Part shown: one piece after another, positions 50,696 to 63,842 of the stretch
Layout of the letters: each line of letters starts with the position of its first letter
Numbering within the stretch: the first letter of the stretch is position 1
Source of the DNA: Chiloscyllium plagiosum
Lineage: Eukaryota
Assembly: GCF_004010195.1 (NCBI RefSeq)
Contig: NC_057718.1
Span: forward strand, 82,727,122 to 82,791,121
Direction: 5' to 3'
Length of the DNA stretch: 64,000 nucleotides
Notes under the pieces: generated by a model
Database searches by the model: none
Seen by the model: only the letters and a program-made list of their open reading frames with translations
What the model was told of the DNA's origin: nothing
Position numbers and translations under genes: made by a program

Positions 50696-51145
50696 ATTGG
50701 TTCAATAAGGAATCCAAAAATGTAGCACTTGAACATAAAATTAAGAAAAGGTTAACACTATATGATGACACCATACTCATGCTGAGAGGACAGCTCCATT
50801 CCAACAATCTGACTAAGGATCCGAAGTTCCGAATCATAAACCGGCAAGTGAGTAGCAATCTCCTGAACTGGAGCACATCTAAATTTGGACTGGTAACCCT
50901 TAATATACCAAAAGAGATTTGTAATGTGTCATAGGACACCAAACCATTGACCATGGAACACATCCTAGAGAAGTATACAATGCATTAACGGATACGATGT
51001 CTTCAAAGAGAATATCTTTTTTAAAGTAGATAAGAATGCAAGACAATTCAGGATCTGCTGAGGAAAGTTCCTAACTGCCCTTAAGGTCAACCTGAAGATA
51101 CAAGAGCTGGAAATGAAGGGAGTAGTCAAAAAAGCATCATCAGGG

Positions 51146-51769
51146 TGTGAACCATAACCTACACCTGAACCTTTCCTTATTTTAAAGGTAAGTATCAAGC
51201 ATTGCATTCCAGATGCAATTCAGTTGGTCAGACTACCAGTCTTGAAGCAAAACACACTTTATTCATACACTGTAGTTAAAATACAACAAAAGAAAGAATT
51301 GAAATAACTGAACTCTCTTGGAAAACTTAACAAAATAATAGATTATCTAACTACAAAGCGGAAATTGTTCCAATATAGCAACATCCCTTAAACATGCCCC
51401 TGGCAAAGCCAAATTCAGGAAGATAGATGGTCTCACAGGTAATTCTCCAGTCCAGGAGGAAAAACATCAGGAGGAAACTCCTAGAGAGAGAGAGAATAGC
51501 AGGGAGATATATACTACAGCTTCCAAACCCAGCTTCAAGACCCCAGCAACTGCTACTGACAAACAAAAACTAAAAATCCTAGTTCTGTGGGAACTTGACC
51601 CCACCCATACAGAATGCTACTATTGTTCCAACTTAAAAAAAATGCCCAAGGCCTCACAAACTGTCTACTTTATTGGCTCTGAGTAGACCACTCAGTACCT
51701 CTGACTCAACCCTTCTTCTTGAAAAACAAACAGGACAAAATACACCTCTTAAAACCATAGTATCGTCAC
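51146..51769 (-). mobile_element. Probable solo LTR
   Basis: Interrupts the pol remnant. Minus strand begins GTGACGATACTATGG and has AATAAA at ~51258-51263. Left boundary uncertain. Confidence 0.5.
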
Positions 51770-52346
51770 TATGGATTTGCACGAGTACAGGGGCACAGAG
51801 TTTGATTCAGCATTCAACACAGTCAAACAGCCAGTGATGACATGCCAGTGCTGAGATAATGTGATACCAAGGATGAAGTCACTCAGTAATGTAATGGGCA
51901 ATCCTAAAAAGTAGGCTCAACCATTGACTTTTCCTGTGAACATTTTCATTCATACCTCCCTAGAAGACACAAAGTGATTGTCAAATCTGACAACAAGCCA
52001 CTTTGAAGTATTTTCCTCAAGCTGTAACTACCACCTGCTATAAAAGTGTCTTCAAAAAATGTTACTCCAAATGTAGTGAACCCGTCTGGGTGTGGCGCAC
52101 AAACCAAGAAGGCAGTTGTATGTTGCAGATTTACTGTCAAGAGCAGCACTCTCAATGAAGAAAATAGAGGATTCTACGAAACAGTGTGAAATCTTTTGGA
52201 CCTAAAGTGGAACAGCAGCTTTATGTACTCTGGAAGTTGTCAAGCCAGCAGAGACATTGAATATAACAGATAAGTGGTTTGCGAAATCTGGTATAAACTA
52301 CTCAACAAGGTGGAAAACCTCCAGCTGTCACAAGGCGTATTGATAA

Positions 52347-52433
52347 GAGCTTTTGCCTGAAACGTCGATTTTGCTGCTTGTCGGATGCTGCCTGAATTGC
52401 TGTGCTCTTCCAGCACCACTGATCCAGAATCTG
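52347..52433 (+). mobile_element. Short Penelope pLTR insert with 9-bp flanking duplication
   Basis: TGATAAGAG at 52341-52349 and 52432-52440. Confidence 0.82.
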
Positions 52434-52709
52434 ATAAGAGAATAGCCTGATCATAGACATACCTGTTAGTGTAAGAAAATTTGAGCATATTATATAAAGG
52501 AAATAGAGTCATTAGAATTATTATCCCTGAGGAGTTGAGAGAAGATATCATAAAGTGCTTCTGTGCAAAAGAACTAAGTCAAGTCTGAAGAAGGCAAAAT
52601 GCACGCTCAACTGACCAAACCTGAGCAATGAACTTGCACATCATGCAAGTGCAGTGCTTCTAATGAGATCTACACTAAGCAAACTACAGATACAAGACAT
52701 CCCAGAGAA

Positions 52710-52991
52710 GCATGGTGGCACTGTGATTGGCACAGCTGCCTCAGTGCCAGGGACCTGGGTTTCATTCCACCCTTGGGGCCCCGGTCTGGAGTTTGCTGAT
52801 TCTCCCTGTGTCTGTGTGAGCTTTCTCCAGGTGCTCTGATCTTCTCCCACAGCTCAAAGATGTGCAGGTTTAGGTGGATTAGCCATGGGAAATGCAGGGT
52901 TATTGGGTAAGAGTTAAGGATGCTCTTTAAAGGGTTGGTGTGAAAGCAATGGGCTGAATGACCTACTTCCCCATTGGAGGGATTCTATGAA
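52710..52991 (+). mobile_element. HE1-type SINE (older)
   Basis: Degenerate head, V-domain and tail. Confidence 0.85.
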
Positions 52992-53864
52992 ATTTCAAGA
53001 GACCATGGAGATAGTTTTGAAGTTGATCTCTTCACACCTATAGAAGCTAATTATCATGTCGCAGTAGACTATTATTCTGACCAATTGGCTTCAATGACTA
53101 CTAAATTGTCCAATGCCTAAAAACACAGTTCAGCCGATATGGCATGATCATCATTGCCGTGTGCAAAAATGGCCTTCAGTTCACAAGTGCTTAGTTCAGC
53201 CATTTCATGAAGGATTGGAAAATTCAACACCTCTCACTGTACCCAGTCAAATGGAAAGGCTGGGCCTCAGAGAACATTGCCAAAGAAATCAAAGAAATTT
53301 GAGCAAATCCCCGAATCTAGTAGCACACCTACTGAAGTCATGGTAAGTAGTCCAATACAATATGTTATGCTATACACAAACTACACTTTCTGTAGCAAAA
53401 TAAAACTGCTGAATCCACAACTATTAACAGTGTGTGAGTGGAAAAAATCAAAGTTAAATGACAGGAAGTCAAATTTTGTTTCGACAAGACTGGTAGTGAT
53501 TGTCAGAGTATTATAGAGTCAGAATACAAATTTTCAACATCCAGAGAGAAACACTCCAAACATTTGATTTAAATCTTACTTAACTAAAAAAAAGTAACAT
53601 TCAAGCCTATGATGTTGAATCTTTCACTTTGCGTTCATGAGGACAGACACAAAAGAATCAAATTTCAAATGATCACAATAATTTCTAGTGAAGGAGAAAC
53701 TGATGCTGATTGGTTGCAATTCAACACTGATTGGCCCATGGAGAAAGCAGTATATTGATTACATGGGAAACCTGTAGTCGCCCACTATTTTCTCCATGGT
53801 GACATTCTGGCCAATCAGAATCAATTTGCCAAACGAACAATCAGTCTGCTTTTCTCCTGAATTT

Positions 53865-54057
53865 TGTTTTAATGAATAGTCACAGGATGTGGATGTCACT
53901 CGGTAGACCAACATTTAGTGTCCATTCTTAATAGCCCAAGGAGCATTTAGGAGTCAACCACATTGCTGGGGCCTGGAGTCATATGTAGGCCACACCAGGT
54001 AAGGAATGCCATTAGTGAACCGCATGCATTTTTACAACAATCAGCAGCGATCATGTA
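53865..54057 (-). mobile_element. Deu-domain SINE 3' part, with its probable head at about 54985-55083
   Basis: GAGTCAACCACATTGCTGGGGCCTGGAGTCA. GGATTTGAACCC...CCACCACCTCCC at 55024-55083. Confidence 0.65.
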
Positions 54058-54266
54058 AGGCTGAATCTTACATTCCTTTGGCTTAGTGCCAGTTGTGTGG
54101 AAATGTTTTGGAATGTTTTATTGCTGAGAGGCCTAGTAAGCATTCTTGTTGTCTTATCAAAAGCACCTCATTAACTCATCTCCATCGCATCCCTCACATC
54201 TGATTTCTGCCCTGGTTTACCATGCACTGTTCTAGAAACAACTCACCAAAGCTGGGATATACTAGA

Positions 54267-54586
54267 ATTAAGATTAGATTCCCCTACAGTGTGGAAACAG
54301 TCCCTTCGGGCCAACCAGTCCACACTGACCCTCTGAACAGTAACTCACCCAGACCCATTTCCCTCTGACTATTGCACCTAACACTACGGGCAATTAAGCA
54401 TGGCCAATTCACCTAACCTGAACACCTTTGGACTGTGGGAGGAAACCAGAGCACCCGAAGGAAACCCACGCAGACATGGGGAGAACGTGCAAACTCCACA
54501 CAGACAGTCGCCCGAGGCTGGAATTGAACCTGGGTCCCTGGTGCTGTGAGGCAGCAGTGCTAACCACTGAGCCACCATGCTGCCCC
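54267..54586 (-). mobile_element. HE1 SINE
   Basis: Complete SINE. Confidence 0.95.
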
Positions 54587-55234
54587 AATTCACGTCTCTC
54601 GCATCGTCTTTAGAACCCCATTGTGGACCTTGACAAGCAGGTAGCCAGGAGCTGGTGTGCAAGATTCCTGACATCTGCCCTGATTGAGGAATCATAGGAC
54701 TGTATAAAGAAATCGGTGTCTTCCTCCATTCCAGTAGCGTAAGTGTTACCAATATCTCACTCACTCTATCCCTGTACCCACCTCCCACAAGGCTCATACA
54801 CTATCATTCTCACCATCGCCTGCAACACCCTCCCTACTGCCTGTTTCACTCTCCAACCCCCAAATGTTCTTAACATTGAGATGGGCATGACTGGTATTAT
54901 TACACAATTCTGCCTCAAATCTTGCTATTGTCCATCTCTCTCATACCTCTATAAGATTCTGCCCACAGTTCCTAATTGTTTGGCCTTTTTAAATAAAAAG
55001 AAAGTTCAACTTTCAACACAATAGGATTTGAACCCAGGCCACTAGAACTTTAGCCTAGGTCCTCATTGTACCACCACCTCCCCACAAGCTAGTGGTTGAA
55101 ATTCTTGCATTAACCCTGATGAGAGCAAGGTAAAATGTTTAAACAATGTTTCTTTTTCAACAAAATTCAAACACTATCTTTCCTGCAACTATCTCCTATC
55201 AAAACCGTCAACTTCAGTTCCTTCACCAGTAATT

Positions 55235-55645
55235 GTTCCCCATTCTTTTGGTCCAATTCTGGGCTTTTGGAAGCATATGACAACTGCGCAAAGGGCACAG
55301 AGAAGATTTACTGCAATGGCTCCAGAAATGAGCAATTACAAAGAGACAAAAGACTGGAGAACCCGGTGTTGTTCTCCTGAGAGCAGTAAGAGGAATTTAA
55401 TGACGGAGGGTGTTTAAAATCATTAAGGGTTTAGACAGAGTAAGTAAAGGCGAGATCAAGTAAGTCAACAGATTTAAGGTGATTGGTAAAAGTGCCAGAA
55501 GCAACGTGACACATAACCTTTTCATGCACCATTTGGAATGTAGGATTTGAAGCTGATGGAAGCAGAATTGAGAGTCCCCGTGGTGGAAATATTGCAGGGA
55601 GGTAGGGCGAGGGAAGGTGAATGGCACTAACTGAATTGCTCCTTG
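55235..55645 (+). mobile_element. Old CR1 3' relic
   Basis: YCxxFWS-like and LEKxVLFSLEQ..VFKIIKG remnants. Confidence 0.6.
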
Positions 55646-56557
55646 AAACTGGAAGTTTCTTTCTGGTGGGTAAAGTTCAGCGATTCTCATGTAGGGGTGT
55701 ATTTGAGGTTTGATACACACGCAGGTTGTTTAAATAACCTGTGCTGTTTCTTTGAAGATGACAGCAAGTGCATTTCAGCGTTCTACAGAAGACATGCACG
55801 AACATGCAAACACCCAGGGCTGAATTCTACCAGGAATCAGCTAAATGCCATTTCCCTTGTGTTTCACGAAGGATTTCTCTCTGTGAGGTTTTCTCCATCT
55901 ATCGCTCAAATGCACCTATTAACTATGTTCGATGCCTCTATGATGCCCTGCTTGTTCGATGCTAAGCTGATTCTCTCACTTCTCACAGGCAGAAATACTC
56001 AATAGCTCCTGGCGTTAGTGCTGTGTCTAAAAGATCATTGTGCAACCAGTCAAATGTTATCAATCAGGAGCTGTTCTGCACAGTATGTGACATTTCCGAC
56101 AGATGTGGCAGACAGAGGGTAATTGACACCCCACTCTGCAAGCAGGGAGCTGGAAGTGCTCCGAGGCCAGGTGGGTGGCCACTCCCTTTCCCCAGAGCAA
56201 GGAGAGGAGGCCACGACCCCGGACTCCTGGGGCAGCCCCTGGTCAGAAGTGGCACAAAATGGCCACCAGTTGGCATAAATATGGCGGTAGTAACAGAAAT
56301 AGCTTACCTGATCCAGCACCAAAGTGAGGCCATAAGTTAGCACATAGGTAGCTTTGAGAAGCAGGTGACTCAAGGTAACAGGGTCTATTTTCATCAAAGA
56401 ATCATACAAATTAATATACAGGGAGTTCTGTACAAATAATGGCTGTAGATGTCTGTAAGAGACAGTTTGATAAGAAATGTCTGAGAAGAGACAGCTTGAT
56501 GTTTGTAGCAAGCATTCAAAAGAAATGTCGGATACCACAATAACAAAGACAAATGAG

Positions 56558-57905
56558 AGTGTTAGTAGATGGAAAGTATTCAGCCTGGAGCTCGGTGACC
56601 AGTGGTGTTCCACAGGGATCAGTTCTGGGACCTCTGCTCTTTGTGATTTTTATAAGTGACTGGGTTGAGGAAGTGGAAGGGTGGGTTCATAGGTTTGCCA
56701 ATGACACAAAGGTTGGTGGAGTGGTGGACAGTGTGGAGGGCTGTTGTAGATTGCAACAGGGCATTGACAGGAAGCAGAAATGGGCTGATAAGTGGCAGAT
56801 TAGATTAGATTAGATTAGATTACTTACAGTATGGAAACAGGCCCTTCGGCCCAACAAGTCCACACCGCCCCGCCGAAGCGTAACCCACCCATACCCCTAC
56901 ATTTACCCCTTACCTAACACTATGGACAATTTAGCATGGCCAATTCACCTGACCTGCACATCTTTGGAGTGTGGGAGGAAACCGGAGCACCCGGAGGAAA
57001 CCCACGCACACACGGGGAGAACGTGCAAACTCCACACAGTCAGTCGCCTGAGGCGGGAAATGAACCCGGGTCTCTGGCGCTGTGAGGCAGCAGTGCTAAC
57101 CACTGTGCCACCGTGCCGCCCATGGCAGATGGAGTTCAACCTGGAAAAGTGTGAAGTGATTCACTTTGGAAGGTTGGATTTGAATGCAGAATTCAGGGTT
57201 AAAGGCAGGAATCTCGGCAGTGTGGAGGAACAGAGGGATCTTGGGGTCCATGTCCATAGATCCCTCAAAGTTGCCACCCAAATTGGTAGGGTTGTCAAGA
57301 CGGCATATGGTGTGTTGGCTTTCATTCGCAGGGGGATTGAGTTTAAGAGCCGTGAGGTTATGCTGCAACTCTATAGAGCTCTGGTTAGACCACACTTGGA
57401 ATATTGTGTTCATTTCTGGTTGCCTCATTATAGGAAAGATGTGGAAGCTTTAGAGGGGGTGCAGAGGAGATTTACCAGGTTGCTGCCTGGACTGGAGGGC
57501 AGGTCTTATAAAGAAAGGTTGAGGGAGGTAGGGCTTCTCTCACTGGAGTGAAGAAGGTTGAGAGGTGACTTGATAGAGGTGCATAAGATGATGAGAGGCA
57601 TAGATAGAGTAGATAGCCAGAGACTTTTCCCCCGGGTGGAATTGGCTATCACAATTTTAAGGTGATTGGAGGTAGGTTCAGGGGAGATGTCAGAGGTAGG
57701 TTTTTTACACAGAGTGTGGTGGGTGTGTGGAATGCAGTGCCAACAGGGGTAGTACAGATAAATACAGTAGGGACATTTAAGTGACATTTAGGCACACAGA
57801 TGATAGTACAATGTAGGTTAGTCTCATGTTAGAGTAGGATAAAAGGTCAACATAATAGTGAGGGCCAAAGGGCCTGGACAATGCTGCACTGTTATAAGTT
57901 CTGTA
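56558..57905 (+). mobile_element. CR1 LINE 3' half, interrupted by a HE1 SINE
   Basis: GVPQGSVLGPLLF, FANDTK and LEYCVHFW. Confidence 0.95.
56801..57122 (-). mobile_element. Young HE1 SINE with (ATCTA)n tail and 8-bp TSD
   Basis: TGGCAGAT at 56793-56800 and 57123-57130. CpGs are retained. Confidence 0.96.
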
Positions 57906-59629
57906 AGGGTGGGATTATGTCTTGTAAACACTTAAGAGATCATACAAGTTCTTTGAGCTGTGAAAGTGATTAAGTTCTAGTCTTATTAATGAAAAAGATG
58001 TTACCTTATTAGGTAAAGGTGTAGTCAGAGTAGGGGCAGTAAATTTCATCTCAAAAAACAGTATGTGACTGGAATGAATTATCATGCAGCTGCAGGCTAG
58101 AGGGCAGTGTCTAATTGGACCTTCAAAGTCAGATGGGACAGAAACTGCTCACAACTCATTAGCTAAAAATGCTGACAGTAGGTGTAAACATAAAACTTTA
58201 CATTTAACTAAGTATATATTAGAACTAATATTATGAATCTTATACCAATTAATAAGAACTAACCCACTTTTGTATCTCTTGTGATTAGGACAGAGGGAAA
58301 TACAAGATGAGTAACAGAATCTGAGACGGGTAACAATGAATACAATTAATAAGAGATTTTGAGCAGTCCTTTGAGATAAGCAAGTCTGGGGAATGTCTGA
58401 AAAAGAGTACAACCATTAACTTTAGAATGTGGATTAATGGGATACATTGTCAAATCCCAAGGCCTGATGATTAGGATGTCTGGTAAACATCGTGAGGTCA
58501 TGAGGAGTCTAGGGCTGTCTATAGGGGTATCCATTATTGATCAGGTGTTTCACAGGATTGGATGCATAGATTAAGGGGGAAGGAATAATGACAATGTTGC
58601 ATGTAATTACTGTAACCCAAAATGTATAAAAATGCTGTATCCCACTGGGGAAACCAAAATATAATTGATTGTCTTCCGAGCTGAGCTGTATTAAGAGGGC
58701 GACTAGGCCCCACGTGAAAGTCAGACTTGGAGCATTCTAGATCTTTCTCACACCAGTGGTAAAGAGCTCAGATAAAGATTGATTATACCTCTGCAGACAG
58801 AACTCGAGACTGCTTGTTGACATCTCTCCCCAACAAGGCCCTGCCAGCCTGGTCTGAGGTTCTACCTGGGTCAGTGCGGAGAAATGCACAATCATGAAGG
58901 GAAAAAGACAATAAGCTTCTCTGCTCCACCAGGGTAAGTGCAACCATCGTCTCTCATCTACCTAACATTCAGTCTGTCTCTGCTACTGCACCCATCTCCC
59001 ACCAAGAATCACACTCATTGCCAAATGTACCATTGGCAGCTCTGGACTAAAGGCTGTGCCCTAGCTTGACTGAAGAATATTACTGAGACTTTGTGGCATG
59101 ATCATTTGCTTGAAGCATGAACAGCATGTATATGTGGCTGACAGATAGTTCAGGTGCAACACAAATGTAGCAGAGTGCCATAGAAAAACATATCTTGACT
59201 GATCAATTCTTACTGCTCCCTATCACTTTGTGTCTGTGCTAAAAGGCTGTGCATTTTGGTGTACTGTTAACACTAAAAGGCTAAGCAAATCATAGATGCT
59301 CTGAATATTTAAAGAGACAAAGTGAGTGAGTGAATCTTCAGCTCAGTGAGCATTAAGAGGGCACAGGAAGATCCCGAAGACCATGGGGATTAATATGTGT
59401 GAGACGACCTGGTCCAACTTTTTCTAATTGTATTCTGGAACGGTAGTTATCAAAGACCTTTCACTAATGAAAAATTCTCAGATCTATCCCTCTTAAGTCC
59501 AAAATGGGTGGCCACACACTTGCTTTTGTTGAGATAATTGCTCATCCACTCAATGTATTAATGTTTCTTTGCCATTTTATGCTCCTGTCCAAACAATTTA
59601 CAATGGCACCAATCATAGCGCCATATGAC

Positions 59630-60140
59630 AAGGAGAAAGTGAGGGCTGCAGGTGCTGGAGATCAGAGTCGAGAGTTTGGTGCTGGAAAAGCACAGCAGGT
59701 CAGGCAGCATCCGAGGGGCAGGAGAGTCAATGTTTCGGGCATAAGACCCTCATCAGGAATCTATAACCGGAGTCCATGGGGGGAATCAGTCGGTTCCGTA
59801 GGCAGGTGCTGAGAAAGGAGATATGGCTGTAATAGTGAGTCTGCTTCAGGACATGGCAGAAGAGCTTCGGGGCAGAGGAGGTGACCAGGGTGGGGTGTGG
59901 GGTGGTATGCAGTGAGAGATAGACTCACTGAGATTCTTGTAGATAGAGGAGGTGAGCTTCTTCCAAGTAGGCATCCTTGAAAAAGGCTTTGCAGTAGGGT
60001 TGAAATCAACTAGGAGAAAGTGAGGACTGCAGATGCTGGAGATCAGAGTCGAGAGTGTGGGGCTGGAAAAGCACAGCAGGTCAGGCAGCATCCGAGGAGC
60101 AGGAGAATTGACGTTTCGGGCATAAGGCCTTCATCAGGAA
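59630..60140 (-). mobile_element. Miniature Penelope derivative: pLTR, 250-bp spacer, pLTR in direct orientation
   Basis: Family A pLTRs at 59630-59760 and 60011-60140, each with a CTGATGA...GAAA core. Confidence 0.85.
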
Positions 60141-60685
60141 GCTTAGATACATTGTTTTTTTGCTATGTTATTTAAATAATCAATCAGTACATCAAATATT
60201 TGAAGAGGAGACCTTGTGTACATTAGTGTGTATACGGTCTTTATTAAAACAGGGGAACTATGGGAAAAGATCTGCCACCCTGCCCATCCACAGCACAGCC
60301 ACATAAGAAACACAGAAGCTGGCCTGTAAAACACAGACATCAAGCCTGCCAACACATACAGAACACACCCACAATGCCCCAGTCAAACAGGCTAACAAAG
60401 AAACCAGACATGGTCAAGCTATTCCCAGACCAGAGAATACACTTCCCAAAAACCTTCAGAGTAAAACTCCCAGCCCTGGTTAACACTGTGGTCCCAATAA
60501 CCTTAGGGCAGGCTCGATTCCCAGTGAAACCGATATCGCACAAACAAACAGGCCGACCGAGAGACCCTGGAAGATTTCACTCGCAGGAGGAGCGCACTGG
60601 GCACATCTGAATGATAGGAGAAGGCACATTTACACATATTCGCATGGACGGGTAATACAATAAACAATCCTTTGGAAGACATTCA

Positions 60686-63600
60686 CTTTTTTTTCTTCTT
60701 TCTTTTTTCTTTTCTTTTTTTCTTTTTCCCCACACTACCACCTGACAGCGATTAGTGCTTATTTTTCCCCAGTACCCATGTCACATGTGTGCAGGTGTCA
60801 GTCACAGTGAAAAACAACAAGTGTGTAAATCTTTATTCAATTCCCAACACCAGGAAGAAAGGAACCACCCAAGTGGCCAGTGACAAGCAGTGCCCTTCAC
60901 ATCAAAGGGCAATGCTGTGTGATCAAAACAGTGAAGGGGAGGACAGGGATTAAATCAAAATAGAGTTGGAGGGAGAAATGATGCACTCCACTCCCTGCGG
61001 CACCCACCTCTCCCTGAACAACTCCAGGGTGTTGGTTGACACCGCGTGCTGTTTTTCCAGAGACACCCGGGCTCTAACGTAATCGCGGAAGAGGGGCAGG
61101 CAGTCGGCCCTAACGACCCCCTCCACGGCCCGCTGCCTGGACCTGTTTATGGCCAGTTTGGCCAGGCCCAGGAACAGACCCACAAGGAGGTCCTCTGACC
61201 GACCATCACCCCTCTGCACCGTGTGCCCAAAGATCAGGAGTGTGGGACTGAAATGCAGCCAAAATCAGAGGAGAAGAACCTCTAGAAAACTGCAAAGGGA
61301 GTGTAGTTCCCACACCCCATATATACACATGGTCCACAGACTCCACAGAACAAGCAGTTGGGCTGGGAGTCTGTGAACCACCGCAAAGGATAGAAAGGGC
61401 AAAAGGTAGGAAGGGCAAGATTCGTGAACCGTGGATGACAGGAGAAATTGTACGACTAGCCAAGAGGAAAAGGGAAGCGTACATAAGGTCCAGACAGCTA
61501 AGAACAGAACCGTCCCTGGAGGAATATCAGAAGAGTAGGACCAGTCTTAAAATTGGAATCAAGCGGGCTAAAAGGGGTCATGAAATAGCGTTAGCGAGCA
61601 GAATTAAGGAAAATCCCAAAGCATTTTATTCTTATATAAGAAGCAAGCGGGTAACTAGAGAAAGGATTGGTCCACTAAAGGATAATGAAGGAAGGCTGTG
61701 TGTTGAACCTGAGAGAATGGGTGAGATTCTGGATGATGACTTTGCATCAGTGTTCACGGAGGAGAGGAAATGAATCTTGAGATTAGAGATAGAAGTTTGA
61801 TTAGTCTGGATCACATTGGCATAAGTAGGGAAGATGTGTTGGGTATGCTAGAGATTATTAAGGTGGACAAATCCCTAGGATGGGATGGGATCTATCCCAG
61901 GTTGCTGAGGGAGGTGAGAGGAAAGAGCTGGGACCCTGACAGATATCTTTGTGGCATCCTTAAGTACAGGTGAGATGCAGGAGGACTGGAGGGTAGCTCA
62001 TGTTGTTCCCCTGTACAAGAAGGGTAGTAGGGATATTCCGGGTAACTACAGACCAGTGAGCCTGACATTGGTGGTGGGGAAGTTGCTGGAGAAGGTACTG
62101 AGGGATAGGATCTATTTATATTTAGAAAAGAATGAGCTTATCAGAGATAGGCAACATGGTTTTGTGCGGGGGAGATCGTGCCTTACCAACTTGATAGAGT
62201 TCTTCAAGGAAGTGACCAAGTTGTTAGGTGAAGGGCAGGCTGTTGATGTCATATACATGAACTTTAGTAAGGCATTTGACAAGGTTCCCCATGGTAGACT
62301 AATGGAGAAAGTGAAGTTACATGGTGTGCAGGGTGTTCTAGCTAGGTGGATAAAGAACTCATTGAGCAACAGGAAACAGAGAGTAGTGGTTGAAGGGAGT
62401 TTCTCGAAATGGAGAAAGGTGACCAGTGGTGTTTCACAGGGGTCAGTATTTAGGCCACTGTTGTTGGTAATATACGTAAATGATCTAGAAGAGGGCACTG
62501 TTGGTATGATCAGCAAGTTTGCAGATGACACAAAGATTGGTGGAGTAGCAGAAAGCATAAGGGACTGTCAGAGAATACAGGAGGATATAGATAGACTGGA
62601 GAGTTGGGCGGAAAAGTGGCAGATGGCTTTCAATCCAGACAAATGTGAGGTGATGCATTTAGGCAAGACTAATTCTAGAGCGAATTATACAATGAGTGGA
62701 AGAGCCTTGGGAAAAGTTGATGGGCAGAGAGATCTGGGAGTGCAGGTCCATTGTACCCTGAAGGTTGCTGCACAGGTGGATAGAGTGGTCAAGAAGGCAT
62801 ATAGTATGCTTGTCTTCATTGGACGGGGTATTGAGTATAAGAACTGGCAAGTCATGTTAAAATTGTACAAGGCATTGGTTCGGCCACATTTAGAATACTG
62901 TGTACAGTTCTGGTCGCCACATTACCAAAAGGATGTGGACGCTTTGGAGAGGGTGCAGAGAAGGTTTACGAGGATGTTGCCTGGTATGGAAGGTGCTAGC
63001 TATGAAGAGAGGTTGAGTAGGTTAGGTTTATTTTCACTAGAAAAAAGGAGATTGAGGCGGAGATCTGATCGAGGTTTACAAAATCATGAAGGGTATAGAC
63101 AGGGTGGATAGAAACAAGCTGTTTTCCAGGGTGAAGGATTCAATGAGAGGTCACGCTTTCAAGGTGAGAGGTGGAAAGTTTAAGGGGGATACACGCGGCA
63201 AGTACTTCACACAGAGGCTGGTGGGCGTTTGGAACCTGTAGCCAGCAGAGGTGGTAGAGGCAGGCATGATAGATTCATTTAAGATGCGTCTGGACAGATA
63301 TATGAGTAGGTGGGGAGCAGAGGGATACAAATGCTTAGGAATTGGCCGAAAGATTTAGACAGTACATTTGGATTGGTTCAGGCTTGAAGGGCCGAAGGAC
63401 CTGTTTCTGGGCTGTAAATTTTCTTTGTTCTTAACCTGCGGTCGCAGGGGACGGCTCATACCAGATGCCTGAATGAAACGGGGAGGACTCCCACGTAGAG
63501 AGCCCTCCACTGGGGATCCCTACTGCCCGGTCGCAAGACGTGTCCGGGCGGTGGATGAGGGAGAAGAGGTGGACGGTGTGCAGCAGCAGTGTGTACAGGG

Positions 63601-63790
63601 CCCGACTTTTTACGGGCAAAAAAGGGACAAAACTAAAATTCCGGAGGCGGCTCAGGTTGTGGGGCACAGGTTCCCGGGGGAAGTACGGGACCTTGGGGCC
63701 AATGTGAAATTCCGTCCGGGCTGGGGTGAGCGCGGACGGGATCCCACCGCACACCTGAGTGTCCTCCAACTGGTCCGAGCACTGCGGTTT
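60686..63790 (-). mobile_element. Tx1-like LINE 3' fragment (60686-61386 and 63433-63790) split by a CR1
   Basis: RSEDLLVGLFLGLAKLAINRSRQRAVEG...FRERW and an A-rich tail at 60686-60727. The halves join colinearly with the copy at 43540-43680. Confidence 0.88.
61387..63432 (+). mobile_element. CR1 LINE (386-aa RT ORF remnant) inserted in the Tx1-like element
   Basis: NYRPVSLT, FSKAFDKVPH, KFADDTK and LEYCVQFWSP. Confidence 0.97.
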
Positions 63791-63842
63791 TATTTTTGTT
63801 TCTTTTAAACAAGGGGGGAAAGACAAAGAAACTCTCCTCCTC

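Larger units (their letters stand above)
49860..53480 (+). mobile_element. Highly decayed Gypsy internal region interrupted by two solo LTRs, a pLTR and a SINE
   Basis: Protease-like NIKCQ..SALCNVM ~50080, RKV..ALK..QELEMKGVV ~51060, VIVKSDNKPL ~51974, and integrase DLFT..VAVDYYSD ~53025-53080. Confidence 0.7.

Noticed and set aside
58205..58834. Possible additional solo LTR
   Set aside because: A TATA-like motif and ..CA end are present, but no clear 5' TG or TSD could be established.
60143..60685. Possible further element 3' end on the minus strand
   Set aside because: It has an AATAAA and a GT-rich body but no match elsewhere in the window and cannot be classified.
61951..63111. Functional reverse transcriptase gene
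   Set aside because: It is a 5'-truncated CR1 with upstream and downstream frameshifts and altered conserved motifs.
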